A stretch of DNA of 64,000 nt from Centroscyllium fabricii (Eukaryota), in assembly GCA_051313645.2 (NCBI GenBank), contig JBNRSN020000001.1:472750001-472814000 (forward strand), given 5' to 3'. A model generated the notes under the pieces. That model worked only from the letters and a program-made list of their open reading frames with translations, searched no databases and was not told where the DNA came from. Below are positions 1 through 12,720 of this stretch, piece after piece. How positions within the stretch are numbered: the first letter of the stretch is position 1; each line of letters begins with the position of its first letter. A program made the translations under genes and the position numbers.

Positions 1-1330
1 ATTGCACCAAGCCATGACTTCAATAAAATATTTTTAAAAGTCCAAAAGCTGAAATCAAAATTTACCTGAAAGATGTGTGTGTCCCTTTTAAGAAGCACAG
101 ACAGCATCTTTGCAGTATTGCCGCATGCACATTCTTCCATGCGTGGTTAGGAGAGGGCATTATGGCATGCGTCAAATCAGGCGTTGCACACCGATTGACA
201 TCACAATCTGCACATTTGAATTTGAGAGGCGAACGTTGACAACAGTAGCCTTAGCAAAATGGCAGTCACCGTGTCTCACACCGGAAGCAGGCAGAAGCAA
301 GGTGGCCACCATTTTTTGCACAAATACAGCACTAATGGTCAGCTGTAAGGTAGGGAATTTCTAAGCTTATATGTGTTGAGTTATTCACCTGGCTCTGGGA
401 ATACCTCGGTATCAGCAATGGGACTGCACATGCCCAAGATTTCCATGGCTTTCTTCTTGTCAGGAGTCAGGAGTCTGCAGGTGGCGATGCCCCCACTGGT
501 GGTAAACCTCTGCAAGATATGTCAACAAAGGTTAGGCTTTCAGTTTAAGAGTAATGAGAGAGCTGAGGTGAGAGAGGAGTGGAAGTTATTATCGGGTTGT
601 GCAAAGCAGTTGCTATGTGTTAGGGGAGCTGTGTGGCCTTAGTGAGAGATAGGGAGATGTAGGTATCTTTAAGCAGAGATGAGTGTGAAAGGTTAGTAGC
701 ACCAGTGTTATTTCAAGAGGGTCGAGAGTGTGAATGATTCCCACGGTGAGCAAGGAAGAAAGGGAAAGCATGCTTTGGGCCTTACCTTGCCTACCCTGGT
801 CAAACCGTTGAACTTCTTCCAGCTTTGTTGTGCAGCCCTTGGCGTGAGAGAGTTGCCAGTGAGTGCCAGGGCCACCCCCTCCAAGCAGTAAGGCAGATAC
901 TGCTGGATAACTTGCCACCTGACACACCCAGGAGTCTGTGCCTCCAGGCTTCCACTTCTTCCAGGAGGGTTTGCAGGTCTTCCTGTGAAAAATCCAGAGG
1001 CCATTGTCGAGATGCTGCCTTGTCTTGATGCCCCAAGGACACAGCTGGCTTGTGAATGCTTATGGTTCTCGAAATAGACAGTTCAGAAGAGGGTTGGAAA
1101 TGCCCTGAGTGGATAACATGCAAAGGGGTCAAGTAAATAATCTCTGAAGCCTCCCTTTTCTGTTACCAAGTGCTTTTTAGAAAGGCTCTTTACAGAGGCT
1201 GCACTGAAGTTTCCTGGGGCTTAAGCTGCTCACTGCGTTTTTAGAGTGCACTTACGCCAGAACTTACACCATTTCCTGTGCAAATGAACTTACCCAGTAT
1301 TCCCTCTGCTGGTGACTGGCCTGATTTTCT
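1..1330 (-). mobile_element. Degraded PIF/Harbinger remnant with Myb/SANT-like exons
   Basis: FSQEDLQTLLEEVEAWRHRLLG...AW (ORF 800-1132). Donor AAG|GTAAGG near 785. Second exon TTSGGIATCRLLTPDKKKAMEILG near 430-510. Confidence 0.65.
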
Positions 1331-1389
1331 AGCGCAATGGACATTGAAGGGCCATGTTTCTTGATCCTACTGGCATGGTTGGATTTAAA

Positions 1390-1625
1390 ATAATTCTGGA
1401 TTTACCTTTTGTATACTATTTAGTATTTTATGTCACTGTAAGATCACATCTCAGTGCCATCCTTTCAAAGCTAAAAAGTCCAGGTTTCTTTAGTCTTTCC
1501 TCATAATCTAATGCTAGTATTCAGCCTTGTCGCCTTGTTGAACTGCCTTCGGGGCTTGAATGTCTTCCATGTTTCTCAGTGAGCACAATTGTTCATAGAA
1601 CTGAGCGTGACTTCCTCTGACTTGC
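1390..1625 (-). mobile_element. Old CR1 ORF2 3' fragment
   Basis: The reverse strand resembles the CR1 RT C-terminal region (gattatgaggaaagactaaagaaacctggactttttagctttgaaagg). Confidence 0.55.
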
Positions 1626-1664
1626 CCTTGTAACACCAGCTGGAGATTGTGAGTCTGTGGGTAT

Positions 1665-1790
1665 GGGCCAAACTTTTAACTTCGGCAGCAGCATAAAGTG
1701 GGCGGTCGCAGATCAGCAGTCCATTACACAACCTGCCTGATTTTCCTTTTCATTGACTTCACGTCCCCGCTGCAGTTAAAAGTTTCACCC
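1665..1790. mobile_element. Short MITE with GGG..CCC termini (Harbinger-like)
   Basis: TIRs gggccaaacttttaact / agttaaaagtttcaccc; flanks tat / aat. Confidence 0.6.
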
Positions 1791-2026
1791 AATGTGTGTA
1801 TGTTTGTGTGTACTGAAGTCAGAATTGGGCATGGCTGTGTCCAAAGTTGAATAGCTTGCTGAAATTCAATGTATACACTCACTCATGAAGAATGACCACT
1901 TTGACAAGTTACTAAAAGCGACCAGCATACTCTGCATGTGTCAGGTGACTTCAGGATAGGAGTGAAACTGCTGGAGAATTAAAACGCTCCAAAAATTCAG
2001 TAGAGAATCACCATGTCCTAATGAAT

Positions 2027-2978
2027 TTCCTCCGGACTCAGAGGAAAACCACAAACAATGCATGCAGGGCAGAGTTAGGCCAATATCCACTATTAATTAA
2101 TATCCAACAAAGACCCATCAAATTTTGGAAACATCTAAAATTGAGCAACCCCCACAGCTATCACTACAAAGCCCTGAAATGCCAAGAAACGAACATAAAG
2201 AAAAGTCCCCTGAGCCAACTGGTCCTGGGACTTAGCGAAGTAACTACTAACACTATTGGTAACAACCAGCCCCAGGTCAGTGACATCCCAGCACACAGAA
2301 TTCGACCCAACACAATTATTACTAAACAAAGAGAAAAATATTTGACATACTGGACAGAAATGACAAAAACCCAAAACAAACTAGATTGTTATTTGGCCCT
2401 AAACAGACAGTACACCATGGCTGATTACCTGACCATGGTGAAAGATAGCAAACTGAGAAAAACCCTGACAATGTACAGACTTAGTGAGCACAGCCTAGCC
2501 ATCGAAAAAGGCAGACACAGAAAGACTTGGCTGCCCAGAGAGGAAAGGCTGTGCTCCCACTGCAGTCAGGGAGTGGTGGATTCAGAGCTGCATTTCCTCA
2601 CAACTTGTGAAAACTATCAGGGCATAAGGGGGAATTTCTACCCAAAATTCGTAAAAACATGCCCTGAATTCAAAAATTTGAACGACCACCAAAAACTCCC
2701 ATATCTATTGGGGGAACAGAGGGACTGTATAAAATTAGCGGCAAACTACGTCACAGCTTGCCATAAGCAGAGGGACAACCAGTGACCACTGAAGCTAGGA
2801 AGAGCATATGCGATTTATATGCGGGTATATATGTATATGTTTGCATATTTATCCATTCACTGTATGTCTAGTTATGCATGTTTATGTTCAATTGTATATG
2901 TCCTTTTTCTGTGCTTTGGCAACATAAGATGTATCTTGTCATGCCAATAAAGCAATTTGAATTGAATTGAATTGAATT
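2027..2978 (+). mobile_element. 5'-truncated RTE-X-like LINE (C-terminal ORF with CCHC-type motif, 3'UTR, (ATTGA)n tail)
   Basis: Stop-free ORF to 2785 with LTMYRLSEHSLAIEKGRH...RLCSHC...ELHFLTTC. 3' end tgctttggcaac...catgccaataaagc followed by (ttgaa)n. Confidence 0.8.
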
Positions 2979-4057
2979 AGTGCCTGACATTTTGCACCCA
3001 ATTAACAAATGTTTTCTATATCACCTTTCCAGGATCCCTCACAGCGAGCTATTGCTCACTGCAGCCCAAGCAGCTCAATCCCAAATGCAGCATTAGCGTA
3101 TGAAGCACATACATTTTACTTTGTTAACAATTGATTGCAGAGCAGCAGTAAGAACACGTGCTTATTCAAAATATCTACGAAATCCACAAAACATTTAGCA
3201 TGTTTTTCGCTGACTTATTGTGTTAACTCCACCAGTGAAAAAATCATATCTGTTTCCATTATAATGCTTTGCTTCCCTCTCTGTACCAATGCCACCACTA
3301 ATAAACAGAAAGCCAGATAAAAATGGTTTTACTTTTTTAAACACGTGTACATATGGTTTGAAGCCAGAAAACAACACTGGAGAAAGAATACAATGTGCAG
3401 AGTCAAGCTCATGTAACCTAAAACCATCCAAATGATTTTACAGCTATACTTCAGAAATGACAAGCACAGGAGATAAATTGGAGCATTAAATAGATTCACT
3501 CTCCATTTTATGGAGCATCCAGAACAAACAGTTCAGTGTTGGAATGAGCTCTGGCGCAAGCTGAAGATTCATGCAATGCAAAAGCATGCCACTCACAGTC
3601 TAGAGATTACTCATACTGACAAGGGGGAATCTCCTCCATGTCCTCCTGTTTCATTTCAGTGTTCATTTCTTTATTAAAAAGAAAACTTTTGACAGGTTAA
3701 TTCTTGATCACAGGAAAACCTAATTGGCTGCAAATGATAAAGTGATTTCTTCGACTTGAAGAACTCCAGAACAAACAACATTTCTTAGTACATGGAGGGC
3801 AGCAGGGAAGTTAATCCAAGGCAGAGTGGTGCAATAGCTTCAGTCAGGTTAAATGAAGTGAATGTATTCTGTGCAGCAGTTAAATGTTTAGCAGATTAGT
3901 CCTGAGTTAGACAGGGGTTGACATTTTTTCGAGTTTTCTCTCCTTATCACTTCTTTCCTGAAACTTAAGTATTTCTAGATTCACCTTTTGTTTTATTTGG
4001 TACAACCAAGGAAACTGCAACAAGAACAAATGTTTCATGAATGTGACCATAGATGAG

Positions 4058-4262
4058 CATAATGTGGAGGTGCCGGTGTTGGACTGGGGTGGACAAATGC
4101 AAGAAGTCACACAACACCAGATTATAGTCCAACAGTTTTATTTTAAATCACAAGCTTTCGGAGCGTCTGCCCCCACCTGACGAAGGGGCAGACGCTCCGA
4201 AAGCTTGTGATTTAAAATAAAACCGTTGGACTATAATCTGGTGTTGTGTGACTTCTTGCATT
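4058..4262. mobile_element. Penelope-type insertion with inverted arms and 14-bp TSD
   Basis: Arms ~4091-4173 and 4185-4268 are near-perfect reverse complements. Direct repeat tgaccatagatgag at 4044-4057 and 4263-4276. Confidence 0.85.
4174..4210 (+). ncRNA. Minimal type I hammerhead ribozyme motif (Penelope-associated)
   Basis: CAC-CTGACGA-A-GGGGC-agac-GCTCC-GAAA-GC-TT-GTGA: both core boxes, a 5-bp stem II, a palindromic AAGCTT stem III and a short stem I (CAC/GTG). Confidence 0.7.
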
Positions 4263-4409
4263 TGACCATAGATGAGGGCAGTGAAAGATCTGAAGGCAGA
4301 AATTGTACTGGAATACCAACAGGCAATGTTTAATGAATGACACAACAGTGCTGGTTCAGCCATTGATGGTTAACTTTGCACCTCAGCTACAATGTATGAT
4401 TTATGTTAT

Positions 4410-4705
4410 GGTGAGCGTAAGTGGACGTGAGGCTAGGTTCAGATCGGCCATGTGATTGCCTGGACCAGTTTTCGATCGCCTAGATGGGTTGGAGAGGAAT
4501 TTCACAGATTTTTTCTCCCAAATTGGCCACTGGGTTTTTTATCTGGTTTTTCGCCTCTCCCGGGTGATCACATGGGTTTGGGCGGGATGGAGAGTAAAAA
4601 TAAGATTGAGGTTAGGATCAGATCAGCCATGATCTCATTGAATGGCGGAGCAGGCTCGAGGGGCCGATTGGCCGACTCCTGCTCCTATTTCTTATGTTCT
4701 TATGT
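4410..4705 (+). mobile_element. CR1 3'UTR fragments ending in a (TTCTTATG)n tail
   Basis: gatcagccatgatctcattgaatggcggagcaggctcgaggggccg...ctcctgctcctatttcttatgttcttatgtt. The upstream part resembles the 3'UTR at ~31255-31560 (-). Confidence 0.7.
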
Positions 4706-5969
4706 TTGCTTTTTCCTTCACTTAGTACGCAAGAGGTTTTTCAAAGTTTCCTCAGCTGATTCTCTTAGGCTATAAAAAATATAATGGAAACACTCAGTAA
4801 GCTCATCGTTCTCCTTATACTTACCATGACAGCATTGTATTCATTGCAGATGCTGGTTATCAAATCTTCCATAGGAGGCCTGCTTACACTGGCCATTTGT
4901 ACTGGGATGGGCCAGGGCAAGAAAGACAACAGAACTCTGCAGATATTTGAAACTTTTCAGCACCTCAGTTGTTTTGAGATGCTAAACTCACATTTCTTTT
5001 AAAAACAAGACTTGTTAACTCATTTTCTTATACAAACAATCTCAAATCTATAATATTGTAATTCGGCACAATGCGATATGGCAAGTGGTCTGAAGATGCC
5101 AGCTGGTCATGCTGCAGCTGGCATGAGACCTTGCTACTGTGAGGACATCACTTAAAAATGACATTATTTATATCCACTCGTATGAGTTTAGTTAGGGACA
5201 TCAATGGGACTCTAAACAATACTGGTTTCACAAAAATAACAGTGGAGCATTAGAATATTTGGCATTACAATGCCATACTAGTGGAAGCTGGTTTTTATTT
5301 CCACTGGCATTTCTCCACATAAGCATGATAAGTTTAAACAGACTAATAGATCACAGGAGTTCTGAAGGACAGAAGGAAGCATGTCAATCTAATTAGTATT
5401 AGCGGGCTCCACAAGTACTTTAGTGATGACAACTGATGGAACTACAGATGAAAAAAATTACAAAAAGATTCAAATATGTCCTTACAATGTGATTTTTTTC
5501 AAGGTGCTGACCCAAGAAGCGGTGCCCCCTTATCTTCCTCTTTCTCTTGTTCTCTCTTTCTCTCTGTCTCTGACCTTTTCTGATGAATGTCAAAGTTTGG
5601 AAATGCAGGTACCAGGGTTACTACTACACCATGACTTGAAAAAGATGGCCTGGAAATGACTTTGAATGTGTAATTTAACAGAATGCAGTTCATTCTCATC
5701 TGCTGAAAGTACCACTGGAATGTGTGAGTACTCAAAAGTACAAGCTGCTGCCAGGAAATGAGCAACTTCTAAGAGGACTATACAGTGGAAACTTTATATT
5801 AGGCTCTAAAATTAGTCAGGACGATGGCTTCTATCACTTGTCAACACTTGAATGAGATTTTCTGTATGTACTCTGCAATCAGTCCTCATTGCAAATGTGC
5901 TAAGGAACTAACTTGACTAAATATTAATAAATGCAATCATTTATTCAAAGTCCTCAATGCCAACATTCC

Positions 5970-6172
5970 TCCCTCAATCAACTCAACCCAAATAAAGACC
6001 AATTCATCATTCAACTCATTGCTGTTTTTGAGACATTGGTGGTGAAGATTGACTGCCACATTTACCTACATAACAACGGTCAGTGCACTTCACAGCAATT
6101 CATTTGTAATGTGCTTTGACACATTTCTAAGAAATGTGATAAGACACTATCTAAATGGAAGTCATTCTTTCA
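5970..6172 (+). mobile_element. DeuSINE (SacSINE1-like) 3' remnant
   Basis: Similar to the reverse complement of 59393-59600 (cattgctgttt...cctacataacaac...gcacttca...aaatggaagtcattcttt). Confidence 0.6.
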
Positions 6173-6679
6173 AATAGTCTGGTGCTTCTTCTAGATAGCA
6201 GCCTTGAATATAACAGAACTTTTCCTGCCACAGACAGCAAGATTCTCATTACAGAGTTGCTCTTGACACTTTGACAGAATTTTGTTGTGTAAGGAAAGTT
6301 GGGGGTACCATAAACCTGAGTCAGAAATTGAGTTAATGTAGGTTGTTGTAACGCATTGAAACATTCATACAAGGGGGCATTCCTTGAACAGTGAGTTACT
6401 ATTATTGGCCTTGCCAAGACAGATAGAGCACTGATGGCAGATCATCTGCACATTCTTTCAACTTTGAGTGGTACGAAAGTGACGAGCCTTAAAAAGGGGA
6501 AAATTAAATATGAAGAATAAGTAGGGTAACTGATTGTAAAACATTCTCCAGTATGATGTGATGGCAGTTACCTTTTAAAAGATTCTGTTCTTTTTGAACT
6601 GATTTTTAAAAATAATTCCTGAAAGAGACAATGAGAAACCAATGGTTCATTTGTATACGTTAGAAAATAAAGAAAGGAG

Positions 6680-7000
6680 GAATTCAGCTGCAGCGGATGA
6701 AAGAGGAAAGACAGAGACTGAGAAGGACTCAGCTGTTAAGAGAATAGAGAGATGAGGAGAGTTTCAGCTGTAAGACAGTGAAAAGAGAGAGGGAATCTAA
6801 TGTTGGTGTGTGAAAGGAGGGACTAGCAAGAATTCAGCTGTGGGACACTAAAAAGAGAGAGACTGGTGGAAATTCAGCTGTATGGAAACGAGAGGAGAGA
6901 GAATGTGAAGGACTGAACTCTGGGTGGGTGTGACTAGAAGGAATTCATTGATTGAGGTGTGGGTCAGTAAATGGGAAGGAAATGCACACAGGAATTCAGA
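6680..7000 (+). repeat. Degenerate purine-rich tandem repeat with recurring TCAGCTG
   Basis: TCAGCTG recurs at ~6684, 6729, 6764, 6834 and 6873, with decayed copies near 6940 and 6993. Confidence 0.55.
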
Positions 7001-8894
7001 TACAATGAGTGAAAGGAGTCTGACCAGAAAGTACACTGCTGCTGCTAGTCTAGGAATGTGCGTGCAATTATTTGATTGCTGATATTCTAGAATGGGGGAC
7101 TGGGGTAGACGGTATTAAGCATCTTGGTGATGGATACAAATATCCCACTCCTAACTTGTTGGAATTTATGGTATGATCGACTTCCTGATTACACGATACA
7201 CAAATTCACATACATACATACACCATAATCTGGTCAAAATCACTTTTTAAAACTACTGTGACTAGTACACCATGAAGAGGCATCACCAAAATGAAGTTAT
7301 CTTCCTTTGTTCATTAGAGTAGAAATCATTAGATGGATGGTTTACCAAGCAAGGGCTGCACCATATTATGTGATATTAAATATATATTGTAACCATATAA
7401 AACAGTTTATTTCTTTATGAAATTTAAGGCTACAAATGAATAATGGTCTAGACCTTTAAAGCAAGCCTTAGAAAAATAAGGCTAAAATTAATTTCAATGG
7501 TTTATTTTAACAAATAATTTGGGGTGACATAGAGCTCAATAACTGATTTTCCAAAGGCTTAGTAGGTAAATTCAGTGGTAGGTGGTGCCGAGCTGTATGG
7601 ACCAGAATGGTACCATGTTCAATCTCCAGTATGTGCTGAGTTAGTCAACATCATTGTGGTATTACAATTGGCCTCAGTGCATCTGAGCTAAGGAGGGGAA
7701 ATAGCAGGCTTAGTAATGGATTGGATGTGGGGAGGAAGATGGGAATTATATAGGATTGCTAGATGTAGAAATCTGTGGTTCAAACCTTTAATCAATGTTA
7801 GTGTATCCTCCATGACATTGCTTATCAAGCCAAGGCTGACACCAGGTTGCGTTACCTCAGTGAGCTATGCCCCACTCCTTTTCTGTCTTCCTAGGCCTGT
7901 CACTGTGTCTATCTTGCTCTCCTACTGCCCCCGCTTCTGCTGCTTTAAACAAGAACTAAACATCACCACAGTAGGTTCTACCACTACATCACAAATGGAG
8001 GGCTAGGAATGTCATAGTAAGATTAGTGATGAAGCAGTACAGCAGGCTGGCTGGCTCCAAATGATAAGGCAAGGAGGACATACAATATTCAACATTAATT
8101 GTAATGCTCTCCATGGTAATGACTTGCTGATACTCACTAACTAGGCTCACAGATGAAGATGCCAGTACCCATGGAACCATACCACAGCAAGAGAATCAAC
8201 ACCTTTATTATGAATTTAAATCGAATGGACTACTGAGTTTTGGATTTACAAATATCTGCGCAGGTTGTAGTCATTACTATATAAACTGAAACCTGTGCAA
8301 CTCCTGTTCTGCATAACCTGTGCTTACTGGCATTGGTTTAGAGTTCTATCATAGAACAATCAGGATGGCCACATGATTATATTGGCTAATGAGAATGCTA
8401 GTAATTAACAGTCAAGATAGTCATGTAATTACTATAGACCAATATGATTATTAGAAAGTGACAATACATTTTGAAACAGGTGCTTACTATTGACTGATAA
8501 GCTGGCTCAAAGGTGACACAGAATGATAAAATACATTTGTCAGGTCTCCTGATAAATGTTGTTCTGTACTGATAGTATTGCCATAGGCTCTAATTCTGCC
8601 AACTCAATTGCTTGAACTTAACTCATTTAAATGGCTTGGCTCTGAAAACACACAAGTTATTGTGAATAAGGGAAAATGTGAAAGTAGATTAAAAAGTCAG
8701 TTCCTTAATGCACTCTGAGGAAAGGAATAATTAAGCAATAAAAAATGTCCTCATGCACTGTAGTTGGGAAAGTAACAATGGTGATAGGGCCAGTCAAAAA
8801 TTCCTATGTTCAAACAGTGACCAAACTAAAATTATATTGTGCTTCAGAGATTTAAAGATGATGATATTCAGTGGGCAGATGTTCAAATTGTCCA

Positions 8895-9910
8895 ATGGTG
8901 CAGTGAGTAAAAGGACTACCCAGTGTAGCACCAAGCCATACAGACCAGAAGGTCTCATGTTTGATTCCCAATCTCTGCTCCACTTAGAGTACTGGTGCAG
9001 GGGGGAAAGCAGTTGTGGTCCAGGGAGGGCAGCAGTACTGATCCAGGGAGCGCAGCAGTACTGGTCCAGGGAGGGCAGCAGCACTGGTCCAGGGAGGGCA
9101 GGAGTACTGGTCCAGGGAGGGCAGCAGTGCTGGTGTAGCGAGGGCAACAGTACTGGTGTAGGGAGGGCAGCAGTACTGGTCCAGAGAGGGCAGCAGCACT
9201 GGTCCAGGGAGGGCAGCAGTACTGGTCCAGGGAGGGCAGCAGTGCTGGTGTAGCGAGGGCAGCAGTACTGATCCAGGGAGGGCAGCAGCACTGGTCCAGG
9301 GAGGGCAACAATACTGGTGTAGGGAGGGCAGCAGTACTGGTCCAGGGAGGGTAGCAGTTCTGGTCCAGGGAGGGCAGCAGTTGTGGTCCAGGGAGGGCAA
9401 CAATACTGGTGTAGGGAGGGCAGCAGTTCTGGTCCAGGGAGGGCAACAATACTGGTGTAGGGAGGGCAGCAATACTAGTCCAGGGAGGGCAACAATACTG
9501 GTGTAGGGAGGGCAGCAATACTGGTCCAGGGAGGGCAGCAGTACTGGTCCAGAGAGGGCAACAATACTGGTCCAGGGAGGGCAGCAGTACTGGTCCAGGG
9601 AGGGCAGCAGTACTGGTCCAGGGAGGGCAGCAGTACTGGTCCAGGGAGGGCAGCAGCACTGTTCCAGGGAGGGCAGCAGTACTGGTCCAGGGAGGGTAGC
9701 AGTACTGGTCCAGGGAGGGGAAGAATTGGTACCCAATGGCCCCTATCAGGAAGTGCACATGGTGCGCATCAGATGAGAGCAGGATCAGTCTCAACGCTAA
9801 TGCTCTGCCTAGTAATGACCTGCTGATACTCACTAACTAGGCTCACAGATGAAAATGCCAGTAGCCATGGAACCATACCATTGCAAGAGAATCAACACCT
9901 TCAGAGGTAA
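8895..9910 (+). mobile_element. Old tRNA-headed SINE-like repeat with an internal minisatellite expansion
   Basis: The head (tggtgcagtgagtaaa...gtttgattccc) and tail (ccatggaaccatacc...gagaatcaacaccttcag) recur in related pieces at ~7560-7715, 8102-8205, 1820-1960 and 42660-43010 (-). Confidence 0.55.
8989..9718 (+). repeat. 23-bp G-rich minisatellite, ~32 units
   Basis: Consensus GTACTGGTCCAGGGAGGGCAGCA with variant units (GTGTAG for GTCCAG, CAACAA for CAGCAG). Confidence 0.95.
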
Positions 9911-12579
9911 AAAAAAATTGTTGCAAAAAGTAAATATAACATAAACATAATACCCTGGAAAGATAATACATGACATAGTGTAAAATGTAACTGCAAGCCT
10001 CCGAATATAGTTGTTGCTGTTACATTGAGATGCAGTGCTTGTATCTGGTACTTTAGAGCGACCAGAATTGGACACCAAACTGCAAGGTTACTTCTCAAAT
10101 CGTTTGCCCCTACAGATCAGTCAATAAACAGAATCATTCAAATCTCAGTTCCTAAATCTGTCCAGAACAGCAGCCATGTGCAGAGCTAAACTTTGGTGAC
10201 AGTAGTGAGATAAATGCCATTCCTTTGGTGTACATGAGGTTGGAGATTTTCTTTTTAGAGGAGCCAGAAACTGCTGTAGCAGATTCACGCCGATGCTGCT
10301 ATAGTACTGGAGGAGAGGGAGCTCTATCTTGAAGAGAGGAGTTATGAAACTTAGGAAACACACTGTTCAACTCTTTGCTGGAGGAGTGGCTGAAAGTGGA
10401 TCTGGGCAATAACACATAACCCAACAAAACAAACAAAAGTAGATCAAGGGCTAGCACTCCTCCAGTAACAAGGAAAATATTTCCTTCTAATCATCCACAA
10501 TGTAAGGTGGAACTACTGTTCCTAAAATGTGATGCCACTTATACTAACATGCAGATACACTTGCAACGCACTATGTTGCGATGGAAATTGTAGTTTTAAT
10601 CCTTGTTGCAGATGAGTTCTAAATTTATCATAGAGCTTACATAGCTTGAGGCTTGAAGAGGAAAGCAAGTCGTGAAAGAACAATGATGCTGAACAGTAGA
10701 GGGCAGTTCAACAGTTCCATTTGGAGACAAGGATCTGGCTCTTTAATCTGCACCTGACAGTGTTTGCAAGTGTCTCTCGAGTGCTTTGATGTTCATCATG
10801 CAACCAATATTATATTTTCAGGTTAGTGTTTTAGGTCTTTTTACTTATATTATCATATTGATTATTGCTCACTGATGTTTCACATCCCATTCTAGCAGAC
10901 TTGAAGTATTTTTTTAAGTATGCAGAAAAACAATGGCAAATGTTTTTATTTAGCTTTTGATTTCCCACTCTGCTCAACTGTTGGTGGGCTTACTGTGTAG
11001 GGAAAGAAAACGCCCTTTTTGATTTGGTTCAATGATGTTGTCAATGTTAAAATCACATGGTAATTATTCCAAAAAATGTTACCAACATAGGTGTAAAATT
11101 GTATACTGAAAAAATGGTTTTGTAATTGAAATATTGGTAGAATTTTGCTTTTCCTTCGAAGTCATATCATTACAGATACATCTCAGTAACATGTCTGTTG
11201 AGTTATTTTCCTTGTGTATGCCTTTGAAAGGTAATGGGCTGAGTCTTAATATTTCTGAATAATTTTACTGCAGATATTGCTACACATTGACCATGAGCTA
11301 CCGCACTGTAATATTGACCATACTTTCATTTTGGAGTATGTACATTCTCCTCCTTATGACTGTTGTTAATAAGCTAGGATATGTTGAACTTATGCTCTTT
11401 TCAGTTTCTTTCTTACAGCCTTTGTTTTCTGTTGTGCTTTTTAAATGTAAATGAATGTAATAGTGTAAACATAACAAATACTGACTAGGACTTTTAGACT
11501 TTAATGTAAACCATTTTCCCTTGAGTTACCAGTTATCTTAAGTGTGCAAAGACACCCTTGACCTTCAGATATAGAGAAAAAAGACACCTAGGAGTGACTA
11601 CAAAACAATCTCAATATGAGATTGAGATTATGTCATAAACCACAAGAAGTAAAACTTGAATGGTTTATAATAATATATTTACATAGCATCTTACCACATT
11701 GAAATTTGTCTATACTTTTGGAATATAGTTATACATTAGATGGACTCTGAGATGAAGCTACAGCCTGATCATGTGTACCATGTTATTTTTCATGCACAAT
11801 CTCAGAAGCTCATGGAGGCCATTTGTTCTATTTGTGGATGCCATGAAATACCAGGATGCTCAGTATAATATACATGACGGATATCGAGGAGACATTACAA
11901 GTCAGTACTCTCATCAAGAAGTTCAAATGACATCTTGGACCATGGGATTGGATCACAGGCTTGGCAACATTCCAGGGTATCTGTTATTTTTCTAATATAC
12001 ACTGTAAAGTTCATGAAGATATTGGCCCTGGTTTTCTTTTGTCATCAACACCTGCATAATGGATGCTGATGGCCAGTGTGTTCAATACAGAGCTGGCGAC
12101 ATTGGGGAAATATTCAGTGTGACATTTATGATAAAAAATTGTGAGACAGATTTTTAATTAATTTAAACCTATTGAACTATGTTTATTTTGAAAGGTGCGC
12201 TAGCCCAGAAAGAGTGATTTGGTTTAAAACAAAATGAGTAAATCTCTCCCTGAATGTACGCCCAAAGATATCTACACTCAGGGACTAATGATTGTGACAC
12301 AAGTTGACTGAATGATAGTGAACAGATAACTACAGAGGAGTACAACATCTAGGGGTATGTGCTGCTCTGTGTGTAACGTTAATTAGCAAACTTCTAGTTT
12401 AGTAGTTTTGTTTTCTTGAACTTTACACACATGAAATTATAAGATTGATTTTCCTGGGTCTGTAACCAATCGCACTGGTTCACCTGGGCACAGTAAATAT
12501 TGGAAAATGGGCCAGAGCGTACGCCTGATCAGGATCCCACCTGACGTTCCTCCCTTTAAATAATGAAGGCGAAAGATGT

Positions 12580-12720
12580 GGGGAGAAAGTTTCAACTCTG
12601 AGGCGTAAAACTGGCGGTATTAGATCCGCCGCCCTTTATATATCTTGTCAGATTTTCCGTATAACGGCCGGCCAATCCAATATTGCCAGTTTTACACCCC
12701 ATCGAATTTGAAAGCTCTAT
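12580..12720. mobile_element. Degraded inverted-repeat MITE
   Basis: ggcgtaaaactggcggtattagat pairs with atccaatattgccagttttacacc. Confidence 0.55.

Noticed and set aside
8753-9833. Long Cys/Pro-rich ORFs, or a CRISPR-like array
   Set aside because: They are translations of a 23-bp minisatellite in several frames. There are no unique spacers, no cas genes, and the DNA is vertebrate.
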